Origin: Octopus bimaculoides
Lineage: Eukaryota
Assembly: GCF_001194135.2 (NCBI RefSeq)
Contig: NC_068981.1
Span: 127,429,507 to 127,493,506, forward strand
Reading direction: 5' to 3'
DNA: 64,000 nucleotides
Shown here: positions 14,965 to 27,810 of the stretch, piece after piece
How the letters are laid out: each line of letters begins with the position of its first letter
How positions within the stretch are numbered: position 1 is the stretch's first letter
The notes under the pieces: generated by a model
The model's input: the letters and a program-made list of their open reading frames with translations, nothing else
Told to the model about the DNA's origin: nothing
Database searches by the model: none
Translations under genes and position numbers: made by a program

Positions 14965-15508
14965 TATATCAAAAATTAACGGAGTGAGATAAAAATCCAA
15001 GGCTGTGAAAGATTTCAGAACATTTGTAAAGCGAAGGTCTTATAGCTGTTTCCGGGATATTTTATATGTCCCTTCATCAGCGATGGTGCAAGAAAATGGT
15101 TATTCTTAAAGTTGGGAATGAAACACATTCCCAACTTTTTAGTCACTTCAAAAAAAAAGCCTTGATTCAGTAACGCCATTTACAAACTCTATGCTTGGAA
15201 TGACCAATTTTAAATACTATTGGAACTTACACACAAGGTACAGGAAACATATGTATACCATTGTGCTGAAATAATGGATCTGCAGATACAATATCCCTGC
15301 ATATCTCACATCTATTTTCATTCTTCCACTTCACTCTCTATTTCATATCTGATCTAGAATAACTATTGCTTAACCATTTTCTTGCACTGTTTCCGATGAA
15401 GGGATATATAAAATATCCCGGAAACAGCTATAAGACCTTCTCTTTATAAATGTTCTGAAATCTTTCACAGCCTTGGATTTTTATCTCATTCTGTTAACTT
15501 TTTATATA
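14965..15508. mobile_element. Penelope-like remnant: inverted repeat, each arm with a hammerhead-ribozyme-like motif
   Basis: Arms about 14965-15102 and 15371-15508 are reverse complements. Each has C(T/C)GATGA-A-GGGA..TCCC-G-GAAAC-AGCT-ATA-AGACC. Confidence 0.6.
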
Positions 15509-15540
15509 TTTACATATATATATATATATGTGTGTGTGTG

Positions 15541-15574
<34 letters not shown>

Positions 15575-15640
15575 TATATGTATATACATATATATATGTA
15601 TATATATATATATATATATATGTATATACATATATATATG

Positions 15641-15676
<36 letters not shown>

Positions 15677-15700
15677 TATGTATGTATATATATATATGGT
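15503..15700. repeat. (TA)/(TG) compound microsatellite
   Basis: Directly visible. It explains the YIYIY ORFs. Confidence 0.95.
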
Positions 15701-16614
15701 TCTCATATATATCATGTATATTATAAGATATGAAGTAAACCATGCAAGCTTCAGGTTACCAGACCAAATAAAGTATGTAAGTGACATTTCGTATATATGG
15801 TTGTCAGGCAGTTTTACTGGGTATTTTTTTTTTCAGTGAATCCTTTAGTTTTTATTTTTGTTTTGTTTTTTTTTTGTTTTTTCTTTCTAAAATTCTAAAT
15901 TTCCATGTGGTTAAATATAACTTTGTAAATATTGTGCAAATTGTACAGTAACTGTACATAATTTTTTTTTATATAATCTTTTTACAATAATAACTAACTT
16001 ATTATTATTGTTGTTGTTGTTATTTATATCATTATTATTATTATTATTATCATTAGCTTGGTAATTTGTGTTAGAGCACTACAACACTGGTATATATTGT
16101 GACTATATATATTAATAACAGTTTGACGAATGTCCATATGGCTTTGAAAGTTTCGTGAGCATGTAGAATGCATCCATCTCAGCAAATCAGAAGAGTTTAC
16201 AGATTTAAGACATATTGAAGATAGCTTCTAAATGTTAGGCTTCTATTTTGATCAACCCAGGTCACAGTGTTGTGGAAGTGATGCCAGCATTAATACCATG
16301 TGACCTGAGCTGACCAATAGGGGCCTAACATCTAGAAGCTATCTTGAATTTATCTCATCTTCCCTTTTACTGATGAGATGGACATGCTCATAGATTTTTA
16401 ACTCATATGAAGCTGAGACAAGCTGCTATTAAAAATGTAACTTCTACAAAATGTGTTGAGTGCCACTTCCTTCCATTTGTCAACATGTTTGTGTGTGTGT
16501 ATATATATAAAAGAGCAGTTAGGGTTTGTATACAAGTACATATATATTTATATATAGCCCTACTTTGACATCTCTGTGTTATTGTGATCACTATTTTCTG
16601 TGGGTAAGTAATGC

Positions 16615-16825
16615 AGTGGGCTGGCAGAATCTTAGCATGCCGGGGAAAATGCTTAGTGGTATTTCATCCATCTGCACGTTCTGGGTTCAAATTCCACCCA
16701 GGCCAACTTTGCCTCTCATCCTTTTGGAGTTAATAAAATAAATACCAGTTGAGCACTAAAGTCGATATAATAAACTTACCCCCTCCCCCAAACTTGCTGG
16801 CCTCGTGTCAAAATTTGAAACTAAT
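16615..16825 (+). mobile_element. SINE family B (gctggcagaat head)
   Basis: ctggcagaat..aaatgcttagtggtatttc..gggttcaaattcc..actttgcct..atcc..aataaa..ccctccc..cttg. Related copies at about 18066-18250(+), 20975-21190(+), 38105-38330(-), 41630-41760(+), 51715-51880(+) and 60860-61240(-). B-box-like gttcaaattcc. Confidence 0.75.
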
Positions 16826-18065
16826 ATATTCTGTGGGAGGACTTAGTCAACATAAATATACTAACATATAAGGAGAAGGGAGTTTGTTTCAGAATCACTG
16901 GCCTTTCTTGTAAAATATTTTCATCAAGAAATACAATCCTCTTTGCCTTACATTCAGTGACCTGTTTAGGATTTTGTACCAACTACATAAATACATTATC
17001 TGGGGTTATGTTGTGGGAGTGATATGTGTGTGTGAGTGTACTTTTGTAAATATGTACTTGTTTGAGTTGTTTCCTTATATAATTTTCTCAGTCCCCTTTT
17101 CCCAAATTTCACTATTCTAATTTTGAACATACATCTTTAGTTATATTATTTTATATATTTGATTGTACATGATATACTGCACACAATATATGCTTAGTCT
17201 GCTGTGCACTCATTTACAGGTTTGCACTGCAGCAGTTTTCAATCAATACATGAACAATGTTTAGCATTTCTTTACGTATATTCCCTTGCCGTTTAGATTA
17301 TTCTGTCACACGTAATATTTATTGACATTGTTTTGAATTGATCATGCAATATCTCAGCTTCAAGATTTTAATGATGAGATTGTTTATTTTTAGAATGGCA
17401 TTATACTGTAGGTGTGAGAGGCTGGATCTGGCCGTTTTGAACTTAAAACAGGTTGAATATTTGGGCCTGATTTGGCTAGTTTAGGCTAAAGGTATATAGT
17501 AGTATTTGTAACTTGGAATTTTAGAATTACAAGCCATCCTCTAACAACAATATTGTATTATTGTGGTCACTAAGTTTTCTCCATAGTCTCAAGGCATTCA
17601 ATCCATGACAGTTTATAGGATGTGTGTGTAAATATACTCATATTTATGCTTACATACATACCTAAATTTATTCCAGATGAAAGATTGTGGGGTTTTTTTT
17701 CTTTTTTCCTCGGATATATTTTGTTTTGAAATCATGTAAAAGGCTCAAGTGCTCCTGTCGCAAAATCGCACAAACTTTTTATGACAAGGTAAAAAGTCTA
17801 CTTCGAATTATAACTTTACTTTTCAAGGACTATGTTTTAACTACACGTAAGATGCACAAGTTGTATTTCTTTTTCAGCATCAGATACATTTATCAACAGT
17901 GAAAATATATGATAAAATTTCTTTTAGGTTATTTATCATTATCATCATCATTTTGACACGTTTTACCTTGCCTTTATAGGTTAGATAAAATTTGTTGAAG
18001 CCAGTTTTTTCTATGATTGGATGCCCTTCCTGTTGCTAAGCAAGGTAATATTCCCTTGTGGCCAA

Positions 18066-18250
18066 AGGTGGTGAGCTGGCAGAATTGTATGCACACTTGG
18101 CAAAATGCTTAGTGGCATTGCTTCCATCTTTGCATTCTCAGTTCAAATTTTACTAAGGTTGACTTCACCTTTCATCCTTTCGGGGTCAATGTAATTGACA
18201 TATCCCCTCCTCCAAAATTGCTAGCCTTGTGCCAAAATTTGAAATCAATA
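18066..18250 (+). mobile_element. SINE family B copy
   Basis: ggtggtgagctggcagaattg...gttcaaattttactaaggttgacttcacctttcatcctttcggggtc...ccttgtgccaaaatttgaa. Confidence 0.75.
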
Positions 18251-21200
18251 TTTCCTTATGGCTGGACTTGTTTTCACAAATGAAACAAACAACACCACCC
18301 TTGTTTTTTACAGCTATTGCATGATGCTGAGTCAGGAAAACATAAAACCTCTTATGCGTATCCATATATATATATATAACAGGTTTCTTCTACAAAATTC
18401 ACCAAATTTATTCAAGAATGTTTTGTTTATCCTGGAGTTATAGTAGAAGACACTTGCCCAAGATCTAAACTCACACTGCTAGATAAAATGTTTGTCAATT
18501 ATTATATATTGGAGTATAAAGATGCTATTTGATGTAACTGTAGTTGAGAAACCCAATCTTGATTATGATGGAAGAAGTATAAAATATCAGTTATTTTTAC
18601 AATGAAAAATTTTCAAATTTTTTGTTGGTGGGAACATTCAGTACTAACATGTCAAAGGTTGTTGTTAACAGGAATTAAAATGAACTTTGTTTATATTCTA
18701 CTCTTGAACTTTCATTGATTGGAGCACGAGTAAAATATTTTGGTTAAGTTTTTTAGTAATTTTTCATTGGTGGTGGACTTTATCTATTGCTCAGTTTATC
18801 ACTACCTTAGCAAAATCTGTTCTGTTGCAAGCATTCAGACTAAGTCTCTGGTTTGAGGCTATCTTTTTCCTTCCTTCCTACCAGTCTTGTAGGCCCTTTG
18901 AAGTGTTATGAGAACTGCTTCCCCTCCTGATCAAAAGATTTTAAAAAAACAGAAACAGGAATTAATGCTAATAAATTCAGAGTAACATCCCTTTACTCTT
19001 TTACTGCTTGCAGCCACTTGGGGCATGTTCATCAAAAAAATTAATAACTACCTTATGCCAAAGCTAATGACATTCAGATCTTCAGTCTAACATTTTTTAA
19101 ATTAGTTATTTTTGACTGAACAAATTGAAGAAAGATTTAAGTGTATTGCAACTCTGTACCTTATCTGTAGAGAAGCTGAAAACCACTGCTCCTATTTTAT
19201 AAAGATGTAAGATAGTAAAATGAAAAATCTTTGGTAGTATTTATCTTGTGTAACTTCAACATTATATCTACTTTGATGACAGTTATACTGTGAAAATATT
19301 TCGTTTTACCATTTGGTGTCTCATTCAGGGTTAGGGTTAGTTACCTTTTAACCTCTTTTTTTTCTCTATATGTAGAAATCATTTGGAATAGTCTTGAAAA
19401 TCTACATAAGCTATAATTTCTCACATGTTAAAGTTGCAGTTAAAAGAAAAAATAATTCTTTTGTTACCATATCTATGTTGAAATGCACTGAAGTTTGCTT
19501 CCCAACCACATGGTTCAGGGTTCAGTCGTACTGCATGGCATCTTGGGCAGGTATCTTCTATTATAGCTCCAGGCCAACCAAAGCCTTATGAGTAGACTTG
19601 ATAGATGGAAACTAAAAGAAGCTTCTATGTGTATGTATCTGTCCTCCATCACCACTTGACAACCAGTGTTGGTTTGTTTACAACCCCATTACTTAGCAGC
19701 TCTACAAAAGAGACTGATAGGATATGTACCAGATTTTCTTTTAAATAACTACTGAGCTCAATTTGACTAAATCTTTCAAGGCATAGCTGCAGTCCAATGA
19801 CTGAAACAAGTAAAAGACAAAAGACTGCCTTTGTTCAATTAATTTTGAGAATAACAAAGAATTTATGATAACTTTGTCATTATTAAGCTATTGTTTGGAA
19901 TATAACATGAAATTTAGATGAAAGGTTTTAGTTTAGATCACTTTAAAATGGAATTTGTATCATCATAGAACCAAGGGTAGTTTCTGACAGTTAGTATCAC
20001 AGGGGTTAATAAATAGCCTTGTATCCATGTCAGAAATCATTCTTGCTCTGAAGAAGAGATAATTCACAAACTAAAAATTCCTTATAGACTGAGAAATAGC
20101 AGTAAGTGAGATATTTTGTTCTGTCCAGTCTATTGTTGATTAGTTATTGGGAGGGGAAGAAATGTAGCTATGAAGGAAATTTTAGAGATATATTTTTTAT
20201 AAGGTAGATTGGGTGAAGTATTTAATTCGTGTCAGTAGAGAATGAGTCATTATAGCTGATGGGAGGAAGAAAGATCGGTGTATTGACTAATGTACAGTCA
20301 ACTTTTCAGACAAGTAGGCAATAGAAGTGTTTGAACATAAAACATGTATGGCCGTTATTTTTAAATGAGACCATTGTATGGAAATTGTGAGAGATATGCA
20401 AATTTGTGTCATTTACACATGAAAATGATTTGAATGACAGTGTCATATAGAGGTTGTTATTCATGGTGATAGGACACAGACAAATCTGTGTCGTCATTTT
20501 TAACTTCACTTTTTTCGTGCTGGTATGGGTGGGTCAGTTGGTTCAACAAAAAAAACTGATGAACCAGTGGACTGTGCTGAGCTCCAATGTCTGCTTGGGC
20601 ATGGTTTTTGCAGCTGGATGCCCTTCCTAATGTCAACCATTTTGCAAAGAGTACTGGGTGCTTCTTTTGTGGCACCAGCACTAGTGAGGTCACGAAGTTC
20701 TTGCAAGTATGATAGAGGGACATTAACAGATGTCTTGTTCAAGTGGTGGATACATAGAGAGATTTGGTTGTTAATATTAAGGTGCTGACTACTGACCACA
20801 TGGCATATGTTCAGATATCACTACAATTGTATTCCTGTGTAAGACATCTAATTCTGCTTCCTACATCTCCTAGTTTACTAAATCTTAAGAATGCATATTA
20901 TGTTTTTAGGTGTATATAGAATTATTAGAAGATATTTTTGTGTGTGTATTTGATGTGCAGTATTTCAGGTGGATGGAGCTAGAAGAATTGTTAAAGCATT
21001 AGTAAAATGCTTTGCAGTATTTTTATTTTTTTCCAATTCTTCACATTCTGAGTTCAAATACCACTAGGGTCAACTTTGCCTTTTGTCCTTCTGGAGTCAA
21101 TAAAATAAAATACCAGTCAAGTACTGAGATTGACTATATCATCTAACCCCTCTTCATCTCAAAATTGTTGCACATGTATCAGAAAGCATATTGTATACTA

Positions 21201-21831
21201 AAAATATACTGGGATGACTCACTTCATACCTCCTGTAGAACAAATTATGTACACATGTTCTATTAGCTAAAACCTTTAGCTTAGCTCTCATTACTACTGT
21301 TAAGCAAGCTAAAGTCATACCAAAGGGTGACATGAATTATAACGATATCATTATATGATTAACATGTCACATTGGTTCATAGTGACAAGTTCATATTTTC
21401 CTATGAGGAGACAAAACGTCACAGGTACTGGATCGGCAATCAAACACTGTAAAACAATAATTCTAAGTATACATGACCAACAGACTTGAACAGAATATAT
21501 TGAGGTAAAGACTATTTTGATACCACTTTTCTAAGGAAGTTATTCAATGTCCTTAACCATTTGGTATTCTCCCAGATCAGTCTGACTGGGAAGTGGGTTG
21601 ATTGTCTTGATTAATATAGTTTCAAAATTGATAGCTATGATAAAAACTAACATAATAAAATAAAATAGTTTCCGTAATGGTGATGGGGATGAATGTTATG
21701 GGTTTGAAAGAGAGAGTAACTTACATAAATTATCAGTGAAAAAACAAACAAATTACTTCTAATTCTAGAATCTGAGGAAATTAGTGTTGGCCAGTATTGG
21801 CAAATATTAAATACAAGAACCAAAACAATAA

Positions 21832-23990
21832 TCTATATCTATAAAAGGCAGGAATATGTGTGTGTGTATACATGAATGTAATTTATGCACATCCACAAAT
21901 TAGCATACATGTCGCTCCAATTTTAGGAGGACATTGGTCATGACCATGGCTGTGTTTTTGTCAACTTATTTTTCCTGAGGCACCCGCAGATAGTGATAAG
22001 AATTAATTTTCAACCATAATTTTTACCAATTTCCATGTCAGTGAAATCCATAAGTTTGCTAACATAAGTTAAGTCCCCTGTCTAGCAATGGAGCAAAAGA
22101 AAAACAAAGGGTAAATTTTTAGATTAACACCTGCATGATTTTCACTCAGTAAAATAAAGAAACTTGGATTTTTTGTGTGAAATCAAGTACCCTGACCTCC
22201 TAATATGTTGCAAATCCCTTATTTTGGTCTGGGAAAAAGTGGGGTAGGGAGAGAGAAGGGACCCCCCATCCCAGAATCATTGGAAATTTTTTTTTTTTTT
22301 TTCATTGAATGAATTCCTGTGACCTAATATGTTACAAAACCCTTTTCGGGGTCCGAAAACGGGGTGGGGTGAGGTGGAAGCCTCGGAAATTTCACCCACA
22401 CAATTTTCACCAAGGAAAAAAAAAAAAAATTGGATTTTTTTGGCATGGAATCAAGTAATGGTTTCTAGTCTGGTTGTTGGGTACCCTCAATATACAGGAT
22501 ACCATCATCCTGAGATGGTGGAAGTGACTCAGCCATATGCTACACATATCCATGAAAAGATGAAGGAGAGCCTTTTTCAAGTGGAAGCTTGAAAGAGACA
22601 TGTAAGATAGACCTTTGAAGACCTGTTTAAGGACTGTGACATTGAAAGAGGACCTTACCAGGGAGCAGACAAGTTCATGAAAGAGCTTGCAACCATTTCT
22701 TGTCACTTGGTGCCCTGTATAGAGTAGGTAAAACTAAGACAAAGAAGTATATTATCTATATTATACTAAAACTCAAAGTTTGTCTGTTCTCTGGTCATTT
22801 GATTAAGATGATAAAGATTACAAATAAAATAGCCATTTCCCCTTTAAGAAAAAAAATCAAGTTGAAAATGTTAACACTTCAAAGAGTCAGCTACAGCCAT
22901 CCGTCCTTTTTTCATACTTTTTTCTTTGCAAGTGCTGTAAATTTGAGAGATAAATTCTCCCTATATTTTTGAATCATGGGTACTTGATAAAATTACTATT
23001 TTATTTAAAATGAAATATTAATCGGAGATGTACATGCATAGCAAGTGACCTGATCTGAGATCGTGTGCTGGAACGAAAACAACTGCAGCGTAGAAGGTGT
23101 TTATAAGCCATTTAAAATAACACACAAAAACCATTAGATTCACTTCAACATTTAAATTTAATTTGTCAAAATATTTTTGTCGCTTTGAGACCGCGACCTG
23201 TTCACTGTCATGGTCTCAAAGCAACGAAAATATTTTGACAAATTAAATTTAAATGTTGAAGTGAATCTAACGGTTTTTGTGTGTTGTTTTAAATGGCTTA
23301 TAAACACCTTCCACGCTGCAAAAATATTAATCTTTATCATCTAAATCAAAAGGCAGAAAACCAGACAGAGAGACTATCTCTTTATAGACAAAGATTAGTT
23401 GCAATGGGAGGAATTGAATCTCATAAGAATGGAAAAACAAACAACAAATGGGTTGTACCTCATAATGAGACTCTTTTAAAAACATGCCACTACAATGTTG
23501 AAATCATTGCCTCAGTAAGTATATCATGAAGTACACACTGAAAGGAAATTACCAAGCTGCTATGATAATGGGATTAGTGAATATCTAATTGGTAGGTATA
23601 TTGGACCATCCGAAACAGTTGCATCTATATTAGTATTTTCAGTTCATGAAAGAGCACCTCCAATAGTGAGACTGTAAGTTCAATCTACCAGATCAACAAA
23701 AATATTGCTCAGAAATTATGAGGATATATATGATTGTTAATGAGTGACCTATGAAAACAACATTGACAGAATTCTCTTCATTGTGCATCAATGATGACTT
23801 TGCAAAAACATTATTTTATGCTGAAGTACCTATGTATTTCACTAGGAACAATAGTAACAAAGAATGGCAAAGAAGAAAGCGAGGAAAAATTTGAAGGCCA
23901 TTTGAACGTTTTCAAAGAAGAAACACTTGGTCGTGTTTATGTTGTCACACCAAAGGCAGGAGAACTATTATTTAAGAATTTTATTGCATG
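21832..23990 (+). mobile_element. Degraded Helitron: 5' end plus Rep-domain fragment
   Basis: A|TCTATATCTATAAAA-type 5' end at 21832. 23440-23980 encodes broken Rep motifs NNKWVVPHN..LL..CHYNVEI, GRYIGPSE, HERAPPIVRL, AEVPMYFT..N.NKEWQRRKR and LGRVYVVTPKAGEL. That both parts belong to one element is inferred. Confidence 0.65.
23023..23320. repeat. Fold-back element with a near-perfect 109-bp inverted repeat
   Basis: Arms 23084-23192 and 23212-23320, 19-nt loop. The head cggagatgtac..gatctgagatcgtg.gctggaacgaaaacaa recurs without the hairpin at about 41546-41608. Confidence 0.9.
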
Positions 23991-24184
23991 AAGTTTGAAA
24001 TAATATTTTTTCCTTTCCCACTGCAAATCGACATTTTCAACTTAAAGATTCATTATTTTTATCAGTACATATGCACTTGCAATTCACTCTGGACACTAAA
24101 GAGATTTTGTTCCCTTAGTATAGAAACTACTGCATTTGTTCTTAGTAGTAGTAACAGCAAATTTCCATGGAGGAGCACTATCAT

Positions 24185-24416
24185 TCATCATCATCATCAT
24201 CATCGTTTAACGTCCGCTTTCCATGCTAGCATGGGTTGGACGATTTGACTGAGGACTGGTGAAACCGGATGGCAACACCAGGCTCCAATCTAATTTGGCA
24301 GAGTTTCTACAGCTGGATGCCCTTCCTAACGCCAACCACTCAGAGAGTGTAGTGGGTGCTTTTACGTGTCACCCGCACGAAAACGGCCTCGCTCGAAATG
24401 GTGTCTTTTATGTGCC
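24185..24416 (-). mobile_element. Young RTE LINE 3' end running into an assembly gap
   Basis: (GAT)n tail plus 3' UTR, only about four differences from 33187-33417. N-gap 24417-25160 follows. Confidence 0.85.
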
Positions 24417-25747
24417 NNNNNNNNNNNNNNNNNNNNNNNNNNNNNNNNNNNNNNNNNNNNNNNNNNNNNNNNNNNNNNNNNNNNNNNNNNNNNNNNNNNN
24501 NNNNNNNNNNNNNNNNNNNNNNNNNNNNNNNNNNNNNNNNNNNNNNNNNNNNNNNNNNNNNNNNNNNNNNNNNNNNNNNNNNNNNNNNNNNNNNNNNNNN
24601 NNNNNNNNNNNNNNNNNNNNNNNNNNNNNNNNNNNNNNNNNNNNNNNNNNNNNNNNNNNNNNNNNNNNNNNNNNNNNNNNNNNNNNNNNNNNNNNNNNNN
24701 NNNNNNNNNNNNNNNNNNNNNNNNNNNNNNNNNNNNNNNNNNNNNNNNNNNNNNNNNNNNNNNNNNNNNNNNNNNNNNNNNNNNNNNNNNNNNNNNNNNN
24801 NNNNNNNNNNNNNNNNNNNNNNNNNNNNNNNNNNNNNNNNNNNNNNNNNNNNNNNNNNNNNNNNNNNNNNNNNNNNNNNNNNNNNNNNNNNNNNNNNNNN
24901 NNNNNNNNNNNNNNNNNNNNNNNNNNNNNNNNNNNNNNNNNNNNNNNNNNNNNNNNNNNNNNNNNNNNNNNNNNNNNNNNNNNNNNNNNNNNNNNNNNNN
25001 NNNNNNNNNNNNNNNNNNNNNNNNNNNNNNNNNNNNNNNNNNNNNNNNNNNNNNNNNNNNNNNNNNNNNNNNNNNNNNNNNNNNNNNNNNNNNNNNNNNN
25101 NNNNNNNNNNNNNNNNNNNNNNNNNNNNNNNNNNNNNNNNNNNNNNNNNNNNNNNNNNNNTTTTTTTTTTTTTTTTTTTTGCAGATTTGCATTCTCCGTA
25201 GCCGAAAACGGGGATTTGTGTAGAAAAAAAAAAGGGGGTGTTTTATTTGAGGTGGGGTACAAAAGGAAGTTTTGCCGAATAAGTATTAGACTTAAAAACA
25301 AGTACTAGGGTCGATTTCTTCGTTTAAAGCATCCATGACTGTAGTCCAATCACTGAAACAAGTAAATGAGATAGATATAAAGATTGTCTTAAAAGAATTT
25401 TTATTTTGTCACAAGACAATTTTCAGACGAAATTTTGCTCGCGGTAACGGCTTCTCCATTTTGCTTTAAGTGATCGTTTGGTCAGCTGAAAATAGCAGCC
25501 AAATTTTCCCGTATATTATACGCTACCTTCTTTTTAAAAAATGCTATTTAATATACTACATTGGATAATGTAGTGTAAGATGCATAAAGTCTGAAAATAA
25601 AAATGATGTGATGTTCATCGATGCAATGATTTCGATCGTAGAAATGCCTGATAAATTAGGGCTGACGTAGGGATAAACATTCCTGATTTGAAAACAGCCA
25701 GCTCAGCAGCTACTGTTGCTATTGTTGTTATAAATGGAATACTTTTC

Positions 25748-27810
25748 GGTACTACTCAAGCAGAGCGGACCCGAACGCGCTGTCGCGCGTCCGCGCTAGC
25801 TAGTCGTGAGTGGTCGATCCTACGGAAAGTGCGCGTGGGCGCGCGTGCAAATGAATACATGTGTGCGCGTACGCGCGTATGCAAATTAGTAAATAATTTC
25901 TTTTAAACAAAGTAAATAATTTTTTTTAAATTACTTTTTTCTTTTCTAAACAACGTAGATAGGTAGAAGGAATAAAAATAACACACTATCTGTTTTTGTT
26001 AACTTCATACATTTTTTTTCTTTTAATTAAATTTTGTGAACAAAATAATTTTTATTTTCTAAACAACGTAAATAAATTTTAAAAAAGGTGCACATTGGGA
26101 TTAGACACTGAGGGAAACTTGATATGCTAGAAATAACAGCTAAACGCNNNNNNNNNNNNNNNNNNNNNNNNNNNNNNNNNNNNNNNNNNNNNNNNNNNNN
26201 NNNNNNNNNNNNNNNNNNNNNNNNNNNNNNNNNNNNNNNNNNNNNNNNNNNNNNNNNNNNNNNNNNNNNNNNNNNNNNNNNNNNNNNNNNNNNNNNNNNN
26301 NNNNNNNNNNNNNNNNNNNNNNNNNNNNNNNNNNNNNNNNNNNNNNNNNNNNNNNNNNNNNNNNNNNNNNNNNNNNNNNNNNNNNNNNNNNNNNNNNNNN
26401 NNNNNNNNNNNNNNNNNNNNNNNNNNNNNNNNNNNNNNNNNNNNNNNNNNNNNNNNNNNNNNNNNNNNNNNNNNNNNNNNNNNNNNNNNNNNNNNNNNNN
26501 NNNNNNNNNNNNNNNNNNNNNNNNNNNNNNNNNNNNNNNNNNNNNNNNNNNNNNNNNNNNNNNNNNNNNNNNNNNNNNNNNNNNNNNNNNNNNNNNNNNN
26601 NNNNNNNNNNNNNNNNNNNNNNNNNNNNNNNNNNNNNNNNNNNNNNNNNNNNNNNNNNNNNNNNNNNNNNNNNNNNNNNNNNNNNNNNNNNNNNNNNNNN
26701 NNNNNNNNNNNNNNNNNNNNNNNNNNNNNNNNNNNNNNNNNNNNNNNNNNNNNNNNNNNNNNNNNNNNNNNNNNNNNNNNNNNNNNNNNNNNNNNNNNNN
26801 NNNNNNNNNNNNNNNNNNNNNNNNNNNNNNNNNNNNNNNNNNNNNNNNNNNNNNNNNNNNNNATTTCTCTAAAAAAGTATTTTTCCTTATAGAGATTGTT
26901 TTACTGCATGAATTACATCGCCAAATAACTCCGTCAATAGCACGTTGAAAAGATTGAATTTTCATTTGACGACAAGTACATTCTTTTTTTTTGTTTTTTT
27001 TGTTTTTTGTGAAATTAATTTGTTTCCATAATTCAACACGGTGAAGACATTTTGGTAATATTGGCGAGAAGAGGTCAATGAAGAGGAAAAGCCGTTTACA
27101 GAGAGAGGTTGAAGAAAGAGGAATTGACCTCCCTCTACCAATTTGAAATGGAAAGACGGGCTTGGTTTTACCAGTTCCTCTTTCTTGACCTCTCTCTGTA
27201 AAGGGCTCGTCCTCTTTCTTGACTTCTTCCCGCCAATATTGTTCACAATTGAACTTAAGTGAAATGGTCACATATTGATGAGCCAATGTACCGTGATTAT
27301 TACGATATGAAGTGTGGGAATTCGTGGGAGAACTTTCAGACATTTATCAAGCACATAGCCGAAATATATCCACAGTGATTTCAGAAAGGTAAAGGTTACA
27401 GTTTTTTTTTTCTTTTTGTGTTTAGCTGTTATTTCTAGCATATCAAGTTTCCCTCAGTGTCTAATCCCAATGTGCACCTTTTTTAAAATTTATTTACGTT
27501 GTTTAGAAAATAAAAATTATTTTGTTCACAAAATTTAATTAAAAGAAAAAAAAATGTATGAAGTTAACAAAAACAGATAGTGTGTTATTTTTATTCCTTC
27601 TACCTATCTACGTTGTTTAGAAAAGAAAAAAGTAATTTAAAAAAAATTATTTACTTTGTTTAAAAGAAATTATTTACTAATTTGCATACGCGCGCACGCG
27701 CCCACATGTATTCATTTGCACGCTCGCCCGCGCGCACTTTCCGTAGGATCGACCACTCACGACTAGCTAGCGCGACTGCGCGTTCGGGTCCGCTCTGCTT
27801 GAGTAGTACC
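25748..27810 (-). mobile_element. Merlin (IS1595/ISXO2-like) DNA transposon with about 400-bp TIRs
   Basis: Termini GGTACTACTCAAGCAG...CTGCTTGAGTAGTACC. TIRs about 25748-26147 and 27418-27810. Perfect 9-bp TSD ATACTTTTC at 25739-25747 and 27811-27819. Minus-strand peptide ECTCRQMK...DGVIWRCNSCSKTISIRKNTFLE is typical of the Merlin N-terminal Cys motif. The catalytic region would lie in gap 26148-26862. Confidence 0.8.

Noticed and set aside
15473-15839. YIYIY, poly-L/E/K/S and THTH ORFs here and at 36783, 42056-42914, 55759 and 62073
   Set aside because: Microsatellite translations.
17677-17900. Exon-like segment downstream of SS18
   Set aside because: Splice-like signals are present but there is no coherent ORF on either strand and it could not be assigned.
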